This document shows positions 26,101-36,760 of a stretch of DNA of 64,000 nt, one piece after another (positions within the stretch are counted from its first letter, which is position 1; each line of letters starts with the position of its first letter). Below the pieces are notes generated by a model that was given only the letters and a program-made list of their open reading frames with translations, did not search any database and was not told where the DNA came from. This stretch comes from Azolla caroliniana (lineage: Eukaryota > Plantae > Polypodiophyta): the NCBI GenBank assembly GCA_043228905.1, contig JBHGNT010000012.1, positions 9,176,001 to 9,240,000 on the forward strand, written 5' to 3'. Both the position numbers and the translations under genes were made by a program.

Positions 26101-26714
26101 TGCGTGCTCGTCGACGCACCCTCGTGGTTCTCCTGTACTAGGAGCATCGACTGTAAGTCGAAAAAGGACGACGTATTCTCCCGGGTACTCACAATCGTTC
26201 GGAACGCTCCGAACTTCGATGCCAAACCTCCGAGACAGATCTGGACCATCTCGCTCTCCTCGATGTTAACCTCTATGGAGGAGAGGGAGTCGCAGATATC
26301 CTTGATCTTCGAGGTATAGTCCGCCACCGACAAGTCGCATTGTCGTAGGTTGCTCAACTCCTGTCGGAGCTGAAGCTTCTTGGCTGTGGTGCTCGCGGAG
26401 AAAATCTTCTTCAGATTTTCCCACGCACCCTTCGACGTCTTTGCATCCCGAACATAGGTCAATAGTTGTTCGCCCACACACGACGTGAAGCAGTATAATA
26501 CCCTGCTCGCCGATTGCTCCCACGACGGGAAGTCTCTGTGTGTCGATTCGGGTGCCGTGTCATTAGCTCCTTCGACATAACTTTAGTAGCCGTGCCCTAC
26601 CTACGCACCGGTCTGCGTACGGGTTTACGCATTCGGCCTAACCAATCGGGCCCAACTGATCCGGTCCTCGGCTTCTTCAGCCGATCCGGCCGATGTTGAG
26701 CTTGTCTCTCAACA
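23148..26714 (-). mobile_element. Internally deleted Ty1/Copia element D nested in element C
   Basis: Truncated LTRs 23148-23511 and ~26580-26714 (both end GTCTCTCAACA); PPT CTTGAGGGGGAG; gag with CWYCGKKGHRESEC, PR, partial INT fused to RT end and RH (YTDADW, KHIEVHYHF). Confidence 0.9.
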
Positions 26715-29303
26715 CCAAGTACGTTCACTCTGACTATAACCAAGCCAATCGACCAAATAATAAAGTTTGTTGTGAACAAAATTGGAGTCGAGGACGACAA
26801 CAACTTCATACTCCGGGCTAACGTCTAACTCAAGCGGGGGCGGCGGTGGTGTAACACGATCGGGAATAGTGTTTGCTTTATAAGGTTCAAGAAGAGAACT
26901 ATGGAAGACCGGATGTATCTGAAGATGCGGAGGAAGATCAAGATGAAATGTGACATCATTAACCTTATCGGTAATAAGGAAAGGACCGAGTCGTCGATAA
27001 TCCAACTTGTCGCACGATCGAGTAGTCTTGATGTGACAGCGTAAGAGCCATACTCTATCTCCGATGGAAAAAGAGGAGGGAAGCTGATGACGATCCACAT
27101 AAGTTTTCTGTGTGTGTTGAGCATGATGAAAATGAGTAGAGAGATCCATCTAGATCTTGCGTAGCCTCTCCAAATGATCCTCAGCACAAGGATTGGTAGG
27201 TAGCTCCGGGTTGTCGATCACAGAGAAACGAGGATGAGAACCAGTATATGCGTAAAATGGGGAGACCCGAGTCAAGGAATGAATAGCGTTATTATAAGAA
27301 AACTCCACAAAGTGGAGAATATCAGCCGAATCGTCCTGCTAATAACTCAAAAAACAGTTACGGAGGTATTGTTCCAGCGTTTGATTTGTTCGTTCCACCT
27401 ACCCATCAGTCTGTGGATGGTAGCCGAAGGAGAGGTTACAAGAGACCTTGAGGATCTTGAAGAGATGCTTCCAAAATTTGGAGACAAATTGAGGTCCTTC
27501 GTCACTGATAATACTATCTAGGAGGCCATGGTGCCGAAATACCTCACGCCTAACAAGGGTGGCGGTTTCCGCACTAGTGATGGCCTTAATACACGGCACA
27601 AAATGTGCCATCTTAGTATATCGATCAATGACGGTTAAGATAGCATCGAAACCCTTCGAGACCGGCAGACCTGTGATAAAATCAAGACAAATAGACTGCC
27701 ACGGCTTACTTGGAATCAATAAGGGTTCCAACAAGCCATATGGATGATGTCGTGGCATCTTTGCTCGGCAGCAAGCATCACAGGCCCGAACATAGTCGTC
27801 GACAAAACGTCGCATATGGGGCCGCCAAAAGGATCGTTGAACTAGATCCAACGTCTTTGTACTACCGAAATGTCCCGCTGTATGGGTGTCGTGACAATTT
27901 TGGACGATTTGAAGGTGATAGGAGCAATCGGGAACATGTATGAGCTTCTTAAAGAACAATAAACCATAATGATATTCGAATTGTCGGTAGTCCATACGTG
28001 GTTGTTGAGAGTGGGAACAGGATGCCCAAGAGGTATCAATGTGCGCTAGAATGGCTTGAGAAAAACTGTCCGTCTTCAGGTAAGTACGTATGGCATCGAT
28101 AATCCGGGAATCTAGTGGAGTGTGAAAAATCTGCGTTGTGTGCAAACGTGTTGGTCCCAAGATTATCTGCTTTTGATTATCAAATGTTGGATCACCAAGA
28201 CGAGGTGCAAGATATGAACGCCACGATAGTGCATCTACTTTTCCTTGCTGCTTCCCTGGTCAATATGTGATTTTGAAGTCAAAACGTGCGAGGAATTGGG
28301 CCCACCAAGTTTGCCGTCGATTTAGTACACGAGCGTTCTGGAAATAAGCAAGGTTTTTGTGATCACTGAAGACAATGACTTGATGTGGAGAGCCCTCTAA
28401 GAAGTGCCGCCATTGCACAAATGAATCCACGATGGCTAATAACTCCTTGTCATGTATCTCGTAGTTGATTTTCGTGGGATCAAATTTGCGCGAATGGAAA
28501 GCCACTGGATGTAACTCTTCTTTATCTCCTTGTTGAGAAAGGATGCTACTGAGGGAGAAATCCGATGCGTCGGCCTCCATGATGAATGGTTTGTTTGTAT
28601 CCACATGAGCTAGAATAGGAGCTAATGTAAAGTCTTTCTTAAATGCCTAAAAGCCATGTCCACTTCATTGGACCAAAGAAATGCCTGTCCCTTCTTCGTA
28701 ATTTGTGTGAGAGGTAAAATAATCTTCAAGTAATCTTGTATAAACATGTGGTAGAAGTTAGCAAAACTTAGGAAACATTGTACATCTCGTAACGAATGTG
28801 GAGTTTGCCACTCTAGCACAGTTTTGACTTTAACTGGATCCATGGAGATGCCCTTTGAGGAGATGACGTAGCCTAGAAATTCCACTTTCTTGTAGTCAAA
28901 GCTACATTTTTCTAGTTTGGCATAAAGACCATTCTCTCGGAGTCGTTTTAGTACTAATAGTACATGGGAATCATGCTCTTCCGGGGTCTTCGAATAACTC
29001 AATAGATCATCCAAATAGATGATCAAACAGATATCCAAGAGGTCTCTGAATATATCATTTGCCATGTGCTGGAAGACTGCAGGCACATTGGTTAGACTGA
29101 ACGGCATAACAGTATACTCGAAATGCCCATACCGCGTGTGAAAGGCAGTTTTCCATGCATCTCCCGGTCGGATCTGCATGAGGTTATACGCTCCTCGTAG
29201 ATCGATTTTTGTAAAAAACTTGGCACCATTTACTCGCTCTAAAAGACTTGATATAAGAGGAAGTGCATACCTATTCCTGATGGTGACCTTATTCAAGCCA
29301 CGG

Positions 29304-29923
29304 TGTCGTAGTGTGAATCACACACTACGTGAAATATGTAAAACACTATATCCGATTTAGAGTACGTATAATAAATAAAAATAAAATATTAAAAATATTT
29401 ATTACGTGCATAGGGCAGGATTTTGACAAACCCCAACCTTACCACTATACTAGCATACTATGAATTTTAAAGTTATACTAAACTTTATCCCATGTAAATA
29501 TTCTAGATTTGCATGGTACAAAAAGTTATTCATGCATACACACTCGAGTTAAAAAGGAAAAAGATGCACATGCAGTGTGCATGAGAACTAAAGTTAGGAA
29601 AAGCATGATGCTTGCATGTGATAAACTTAGACTCTTCCAACACTATATAAGGAAGAGAGGAAGATGTATAGAGGTTGTTGATTTTTTTTTAGAGGATTGA
29701 TTAATATAAAATATTCGTGGGATTCACAATTTTACCATCTAATTCTCTCTTACAATCTAATTACCCATTAATACATTATACTCGTGGGATTCACGAGTTT
29801 CACATCTTCTTCTTACAATCTCTTCCTAACTAACATTATCTCATATTCTTCTTTCTCCTAGTCCAAAACCCCAACAGTTCCCACCCGACTCACACAAACA
29901 ATCCGGCACCGAAAGGCACAACA
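29304..29923 (+). mobile_element. Solo LTR inserted in RT of element C
   Basis: TGTCGTAG...GGCACAACA; splits the DY|RGLNK RT motif; same architecture as 62193-62957; TSD imperfect. Confidence 0.82.
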
Positions 29924-30829
29924 CGGGTAATCAACGACGAGACGAAGTGATCCATCTTTCTTCTTGACAAAGAAGATGGGTGCACTGGCCGGAGATTTCG
30001 AATGACGAATAACCCCTCTTGCCAAGTTCTCCTCTATGTAGGCTCGAAGGACTTCTAACTCCATTGGTGACAAGTTGTAAATTGGTCCCCATGGTGGCTC
30101 TGTTCCTAGTTGTAAATCGATGGGACAATCATAGGGACGATGATGAGGAAGAGTACCGGCTTTTACCTTGTCAAATGCATCGGCATAAGGATGATATTTT
30201 GACGGAAGTTGCACTAAGGATTCCTTCTTAATATTGTTGGAAGGATGTACTAATGTTGCAAATAGAAACATTGCCTCCTTGTGTCCTTCTTTGCGTAGTT
30301 GATGGCGTGAAATGGTCGAAACTCGATGAGTAGATTCTTGGGGTTGTCAATACCGGACTTCTCTTGTTCTCCAATCTATGTCCGGATTATGTAATTCAAA
30401 CCAAGGTAATCCTAGGACAATGGGATGCTCTGGACTACTAATTATATTAAATGATACCACACACACAAAACTACCTAGGACAACCTGAATGGGTTCTGAC
30501 TCTTCTACAATATTCCCAAAAGCAATGGGACGACCATCAATGACTACTACAGATGTGGGGCAATGAAGTTTTCTTAAGAATATCTGAGAAGGTTGGGCAA
30601 AATTTCGATCCATGAAACAGGAATTGGCTCCGGAATCTAAAAGTGCTACGACGTGTATTGGAGGGGTACTTTTAGTACTAACCATGACTTGGGCTAAGAA
30701 CACATTGCTAACTTTCTTTGAGGGAATGGAACCACTAATGGGTTGTACAGATCTAGGGCTGTCCAACCAAACGAATCCTATTTTGGCTGGACCCAGTCGT
30801 TTAACTCTTCTTCTAATTGGATTTCAAAT

Positions 30830-31944
30830 TTGTTTGAGATACTTGGGCTATTAGTATTATTAATACTATTAGACACTCCTAAGGGAAGAATTGATTCGGG
30901 TTTAGTACAGGCTACGATTTGATTTACCTGTCTTCTTGGCCTATGGGGACAGTTGATTGCGATATGCCCTAGTCCGCCACAATAAAGACATAATCGATTT
31001 GCACGTCAGCGTTGCTTTTCTTCTTCTGATAACAGGCCACGTCGACGCACGGTGTTGATCTCCATCTGTGTCGGAGTATTTTCTTGAGATACGTCTCGTG
31101 AAAATGGTTTAGCTGCGACTGAGACATATGTGGGCTCTGGCCTAGGGCGTGGTATTTGTAATTGACATTCAGAACGCCATTCGAAAAGGCGGTTGTCGCA
31201 TCGGACAGCTCGACTGATTGCCTCTGTACGAGACTTTGGTTCTTCGGGGAAGGTTAGGAGTAAATCTTTGACATCGTTTCGCAGGCCGTAGCGAAATTGC
31301 TCCATTAGTGCTTGATCATCCCAAGGGATATTTGAGGCGAGTAGAAGGAAATCCATCGCATAGGCAGAGGCTGGACGATCACCTTGACGCAATCGTCGGA
31401 TTTTGTTGATCGTCGTCCTGATGCTATCTGTATCTCCAAAGCATGCTTTAAACTCGCTAATAAAGTCTTCAAAGTTATTATGCAAGGGCAATTGTTTTTC
31501 TAGAATCAGAGCGAACCATGCCAAGGATGAGCCGCTAAGCAACGTGCCTATTAGGTCAATTCTGGATGCATTAGTGGGGTATCGGGAAGGATGCATTTGA
31601 ATGACTAAGCGTACCTGATTAAGAGATCCCTTGAATTGTGATCGCGTTCCATCGAATTTCACAGGAAGTCCAATCTTGGGCTCTTTATGAAATCCTTGGG
31701 GACTTGTTCCTTGTTGTTGCAATGCTACGATGGTTGCTTCGAGTTGTTGTACACGTAACGCTAACTCCCCATGTTGTTGTTGCAATTCCCCATGTTATTG
31801 TTGCGTTTGTTGTTTGTCTAGAGCAATTTGTTGAAGATCCCCTAACAATCGTTGGTTTTCTTGTTCCAAGGCAACAAATTTTTCTTTTAGACCTTGTAGC
31901 TCGAAGAAAACAGATTGATATTCTTGGGCGCTAACAATAGCCAT
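30830..31944 (-). pseudogene. gag: gag of element C
   Basis: KFDGTRS, LSGSSLAWF, LRQGDRPAS and CLYCGGLGHIAINC knuckle; internal stops. Confidence 0.9.
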
Positions 31945-34664
31945 AGTATTGAAAAAAAAAGGGGTAAGAGGATGAGGGAAATTGAAAAGAAGACTAGAGA
32001 GAAATTGGTTCAAACTGTCAAGAATAGTACTAAAACAGAGAGAGAATTAGTACTGGAGAAGGGAAGTACTATTAGTACTAAGAGGACGGGACTGCGTACG
32101 ACTCCCGAGAGAGAGGAAAGAGAAGAGGAGAGAGAGAAAGAAAGAAAGAAAGATATATTAACGTCTTCTAAGTGGGAGAGAGAGAGAGAGAGATGATGAT
32201 ATATTATATAAAGAGTAAGTACAAGAGGGCTATGAGGCTTAAGACTGGCGTTGAACCAATTTGGTTCAACATAATGCCTTGTTCCTCCTTTTATAGTGTT
32301 CTCAGGAGGAGTCCTGAATCTTCTAGAATGTTCTAGAGAAATCTGGAATATACATTAATTTCCTATAATAAAACTTAAATGAAAATAATAGCGTACATAT
32401 TACAATAGATGGTATATATGGTTAAGAGCTCGACCCATATAAGATAAGGTCATGGGTTCGAGACTTGCCATATCATGACACATGGGTAGCATCCGGAACG
32501 AAGTCATGAAGTTAAGCAAAGGGAGCCTAATTGTGGCACGAGTCCAAAGGACGAGCACATTGTACTTAATGCACGCTCGATTATGTCGGTCGAAAACGAA
32601 TGTGGCAGCTGACGCCGACAGTGTTGGCGAGTTGGAGACTTTCCAAAGAAGACCTCATACAAGAGGTGTAGAACATGCAACTGGAGAAATGCACCGACTG
32701 TTTAGCAGACAAGCAGAACAAAACCTCCATTCGAACCCAAACCTCGACTAGGAAGAAAATGCCGCTAAAACTCGTGCATACCGATGTATGCTACGTGAAC
32801 GGAACGTCACATGTTGGTTCACAATACTCTTTGGACTTCATTGAAGACTGTAGTTGGAAGTTGTGGGCTTCTGTCCTAAAGACCATGGACCAGGTATTGT
32901 CGGTCTTTAAAGAGTTCCAAGTGAGAGTCGAACAAGAGACCAGTCGACAACTGAAAGCGGTTCGAGCCAACAATGGAGGAGAGTACCGAGGACAATTCGA
33001 ACAATACTATCAGTCGAAGGGAATCCGACTCGAGTGCACTGTGACGAAGACATCAGAACTCAATGGGTTGGCCGAGAGGATGAACCGCATCATTATGGAG
33101 AGGGTCCGAAGTATGCTAGCACATGCTAAGTTGTCCAATTTTCGGTTGCACGTTCATAACAACTGTGTTGAGCGAGCAAGCTCAACCGGATCCGGATCGG
33201 TATCCAGAATAGAGAACCGGCTCGGTGTCCGGATGATATCCGGAACAAGGAGCCGGATCGGATTGAGACCGGTAGGCCGTTAGAGGCCTACGGATCTAGC
33301 CTAGTATGTAGGCATATTTTTGGGAGTCAGTGACAGTCACTCGTATGAGCATTGAAGTACTTCTGTCAGTCCTTTATGGACTTGTATAAAAGTTCTCTCT
33401 GAGCACATTCTATGTACAGAGAGGATTATTATTTTAGAGTAGAGTTTTACGTTCTACTCTCTCTTTGTCTCTCCCGTGTATGCTAAATATTCTCAAGCTT
33501 CCATTGAACCTATGTTTTCTATTCTCTGTGCTGCCCGGCTAAACCGGTTTTGTCAAGCTTCCGCACGCTAACTTTTACATAATATCAGTGCGCGAGGGTT
33601 GAGACTCCTCTGCAGCCCACAAACGCTTTCGAAGACAAACCCTAACACCCAGTAAAGAACAGTAGAGTACCGAAATGGACAGATATATGACAAGTTCGCT
33701 TCCCACAAAAAAGCTTGACCGGAGCAACTATGCACCAGTACCTGATGGGACATGGATATTGGAGCTATGTGGAAGGAAGGAGCGTGGTAGCACCGGATCC
33801 GGCACACAAAGACTTCCCGGCATGGGAGCAAGGAGCGAGTTGAGTATTGTACTGCCTTGCATCCGGTGTGCACGATCAAATGCTTAGCTACATCAAGGAT
33901 GCAAAAACGCCAAAGGAGGCCTGGGAAAATATATGGAATATTTTCGCCGCAAGTACCACAGCCCATAAGTTGCAGCTCAGGCAAGAGCTGAACAACATCC
34001 GACAGAGAGATATGTCGGTTACAGACAACACCACCATGATTAAGGAGATCTGCGATGCACTCGGATCCATCAATGTAATGGTGGAAGAAGACGAGATGGT
34101 CCAGATCTGTCTTGGTGGTCTAGCACAACGGTACGGGCCAATCCGGATGGCCACTTGCACCCGGGCGAAGCCACCATCCTTCTTCAACTTACAATCCATG
34201 TTGATGATCAAAGAAAACCACGCGAGTGGGTCGATGTTACTGATTAGGAACACTGTCTACTCTCAGTCCTTCGAGGAAGACTTCAAGGTGATTGTGGTGC
34301 AAGGAATTGATCCGTAGGTGCACGAAGCGTAACAGGTTTACAAAGCAAAGTGTATCGTCTGGACGTGAAGGGAGACGGCTACAACCGAATCTCACTAGTG
34401 TGTGACCTGACATACACACTTACCCTGCCCTTACTAGCCCATACTTACCAATAGAGTACTACACTGAATCAGTAGATGACTTACACAGATATAGGAATCA
34501 GAGAAGATATTACTATTTTACAAAAGGTAGCTCCCTAATTACACGCTAGCTCTTTACAGAGGATTTCCGCGCTTTATATACACAGGGCTTTTAGTCCGTT
34601 ACGCTCCTAGCGGGAATCGTTACATGCATTTCTTTAACGCTTCTAATAATATATTCTACTCATC

Positions 34665-36760
34665 TAAGCGTTATGTCCAGCGGGCTCTTTAGTCCGGGGC
34701 TCTGCCCTGTCCACTTCTTCCGTAGCGTTGACAGACGTAGTGGTCACCTCCGGTGGGTTGTTCAAATTGGGCTGAGGCTCATCTTGTTCGGCGGAATCAT
34801 TGTCTGGTATTGCAATTGTCTCCATCCTCTATTGTTTGTTGTTGACCTCCATTAGCCGGCGGAAAATGTCTTCCTGACTTTCCCCGAAATCTTCCAACAG
34901 CTACATGAGTTCTTCGGAGTCCTGGTTCGCTAGCGTGCGATAGTCCTACGCGAGGTCTTCGTGTACTGCTACAATACTTTCCTCATTGAGCTTGTTGAAG
35001 CCTCTACCTTCTTTTCGTCGATTCTCCCAGTCCGCCCGGTGGGTGTGCAATTCTATTGCTTGTGTTGCCCACACTGTCCAGCCTTTGTCCAATGCCGCTT
35101 TCAACTGTGCCGTAAACTGCTCGTGATTTGTTTAAATAAGGATGTGTACATTGTCCATTATTGTTTGGGAGCGGGTGTGCACTTCGTCTAGGGCTTTCTT
35201 GAGGTTTTCGATTTTATGCTTATTGGTCGTAACCGTTTCCTCATAGAGGCTCTTCATCTTCGTCCATATCTAGGATTCTTTCAGGTGTAGTTCCTCGAGC
35301 CGGCCCATTTCATTGTTCAGGCAAACTTCTACCCAATGCTTCAATTCTCGTTCCCACACGAGCTGCTCGTCGTACCATGCTTTCTTCCTTTCCAATAACT
35401 CTCGGAGTCCCGTGATAACGACTTCTGTCTTTTGGGCTTCCTCACGCAGCTTCCTGTTTTCTTCTTTTGTGTGGGTAGGCGCAGCTGTCTTCGCCTCGAG
35501 CTTATCCTCCAGTGCTTTCACCGCCCTTCGTCCTTTTGCCGAGACATCCTTTTCTCTATCTAATGATTGGCGCAATTCCACGCGGAGGCGATCAATCTTT
35601 GACTTGGCTAACAACGTAGCTCTTTTTGCTTTTGCGGCGATGGCGGTTTGTGCTTCGGCCTCCTCCCATAAAGTCATCATTGTGTCATCGCTGGATGTCA
35701 GTCCAGGGTTTTGCTGCGTAGTAGTTTTGCTGCGCTCTTGGGCCTTTTGTAGTTGGGTTTGAAGCAGCTTGATTGTTTTCCAAACATTCTTATTTTTAAT
35801 AGCCATATCTTTGTCTCCCATACTGACTGTGGCCAACTCCCTATGTACTTCGACGAAGCCCGTATTCAATGGAGGTAATTCAATGCCCATGTGGCGAATC
35901 CCTACGTTCCGTTGTCTGCCTATCTTTGCGAGGGGTCCCTCATCTTCGCTTTCCACCGTTCTCGTCAGTGCACGCTCAATCATTTGTTGTTCTGCGTGCT
36001 CCTCGGCCATTCTCTAGGATACCTTGATCTATTGTGTCGCGAAAAATTCCATGAGTTCGTAAGTCGTCCCAAACTGTAACAGCGCGCCGAACTCATGGGT
36101 TGTATCCGTTGTGAGCATTCTTTTGCCATGCTGCAACTGAGCTATAATGATCGGATGTGGTTCTCGGATTATCTCCAATGTAGTTAGGTGCTCCGTAGGG
36201 GCGGAAGTGTCGACTGGTGCAGCTGTGTCTTTGACCAGTCCGCAGCCATCCTTCTGATCTAATCTTCTCCGTTTTGGCCTGTGCCTTCTGTTTCGGCATC
36301 CCGTACGCGTTGACGTGCACGCAACCGACCTCAAGTAAGAACTTGGCTATTTCCGAAAGAATGGGTTCGGGATGTCTTTCATTCTATATGTCTTGGCTGA
36401 TACGGAGTATTCCCCAAAATATTCTTCTAGGGTTTTTGTAGGGGGAATGTCGAAGGGTTTCTCCCCCATTGTAGATAGGTCCAATTTTTTCCGAATGGTG
36501 GCGTTTGTCACAGTGTCCAAGTTGAACTTTTTGACAATGTCGAGAGCATCAGGGTGTGTTGGTGCCTCGGCTACCCGGATGTACCCCTCAAAACCCTTTT
36601 CTAGGAGCCACCTACATAAAGCTGTAGAGACAGGAACCGGTATTGTGGGTGGAGGAGGCTCGTATAGAATAGGTGAAGCTCTCAAACTACGGTGATCGTG
36701 GAATCTGTAGTATGGTGGGGAGCGAGGAGGGCGAGGAGAGTTAGTCTGTTTTCTTTAGTG
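34665..36760 (-). pseudogene. Extra ORF (~2 kb, coiled-coil rich) downstream of integrase
   Basis: ORF pieces 36685-36347, 36320-36093, 36010-35270 and hand-translated continuation to ~34665; C-terminal block homologous to ORF 61281-62009. Confidence 0.72.

Larger units (their letters stand above)
22522..32480 (-). mobile_element. Full-length Tcn1-type Gypsy element C (degenerate ORFs)
   Basis: LTRs 22522-22938 and 32016-32480; TSD CATGG; PPT 22939-22952; gag-PR-RT-RH-INT-chromodomain on the minus strand; hosts two insertions. Confidence 0.94.
20770..33130 (+). mobile_element. Tnt1/Tork-like Copia (partial LTR, gag, PR, INT; 3' truncated; interrupted by 22522-32480)
   Basis: LTR remnant 20770-21370; PBS TGGTATCTGAAC at 21374; gag homologous to the ORF at 51289; coding resumes at 32481 after TSD CATGG. 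Confidence 0.85.

Noticed and set aside
34741-34757. TGGTCACCTCCGGTGGG as a second PBS near the left LTR
   Set aside because: Needs an insertion plus two mismatches, lies ~60 bp from the LTR homology edge and inside coding sequence; may be chance.
34665-36760. env gene call for the extra ORF
   Set aside because: No signal peptide or transmembrane segment is visible; the sequence is hydrophilic coiled coil.
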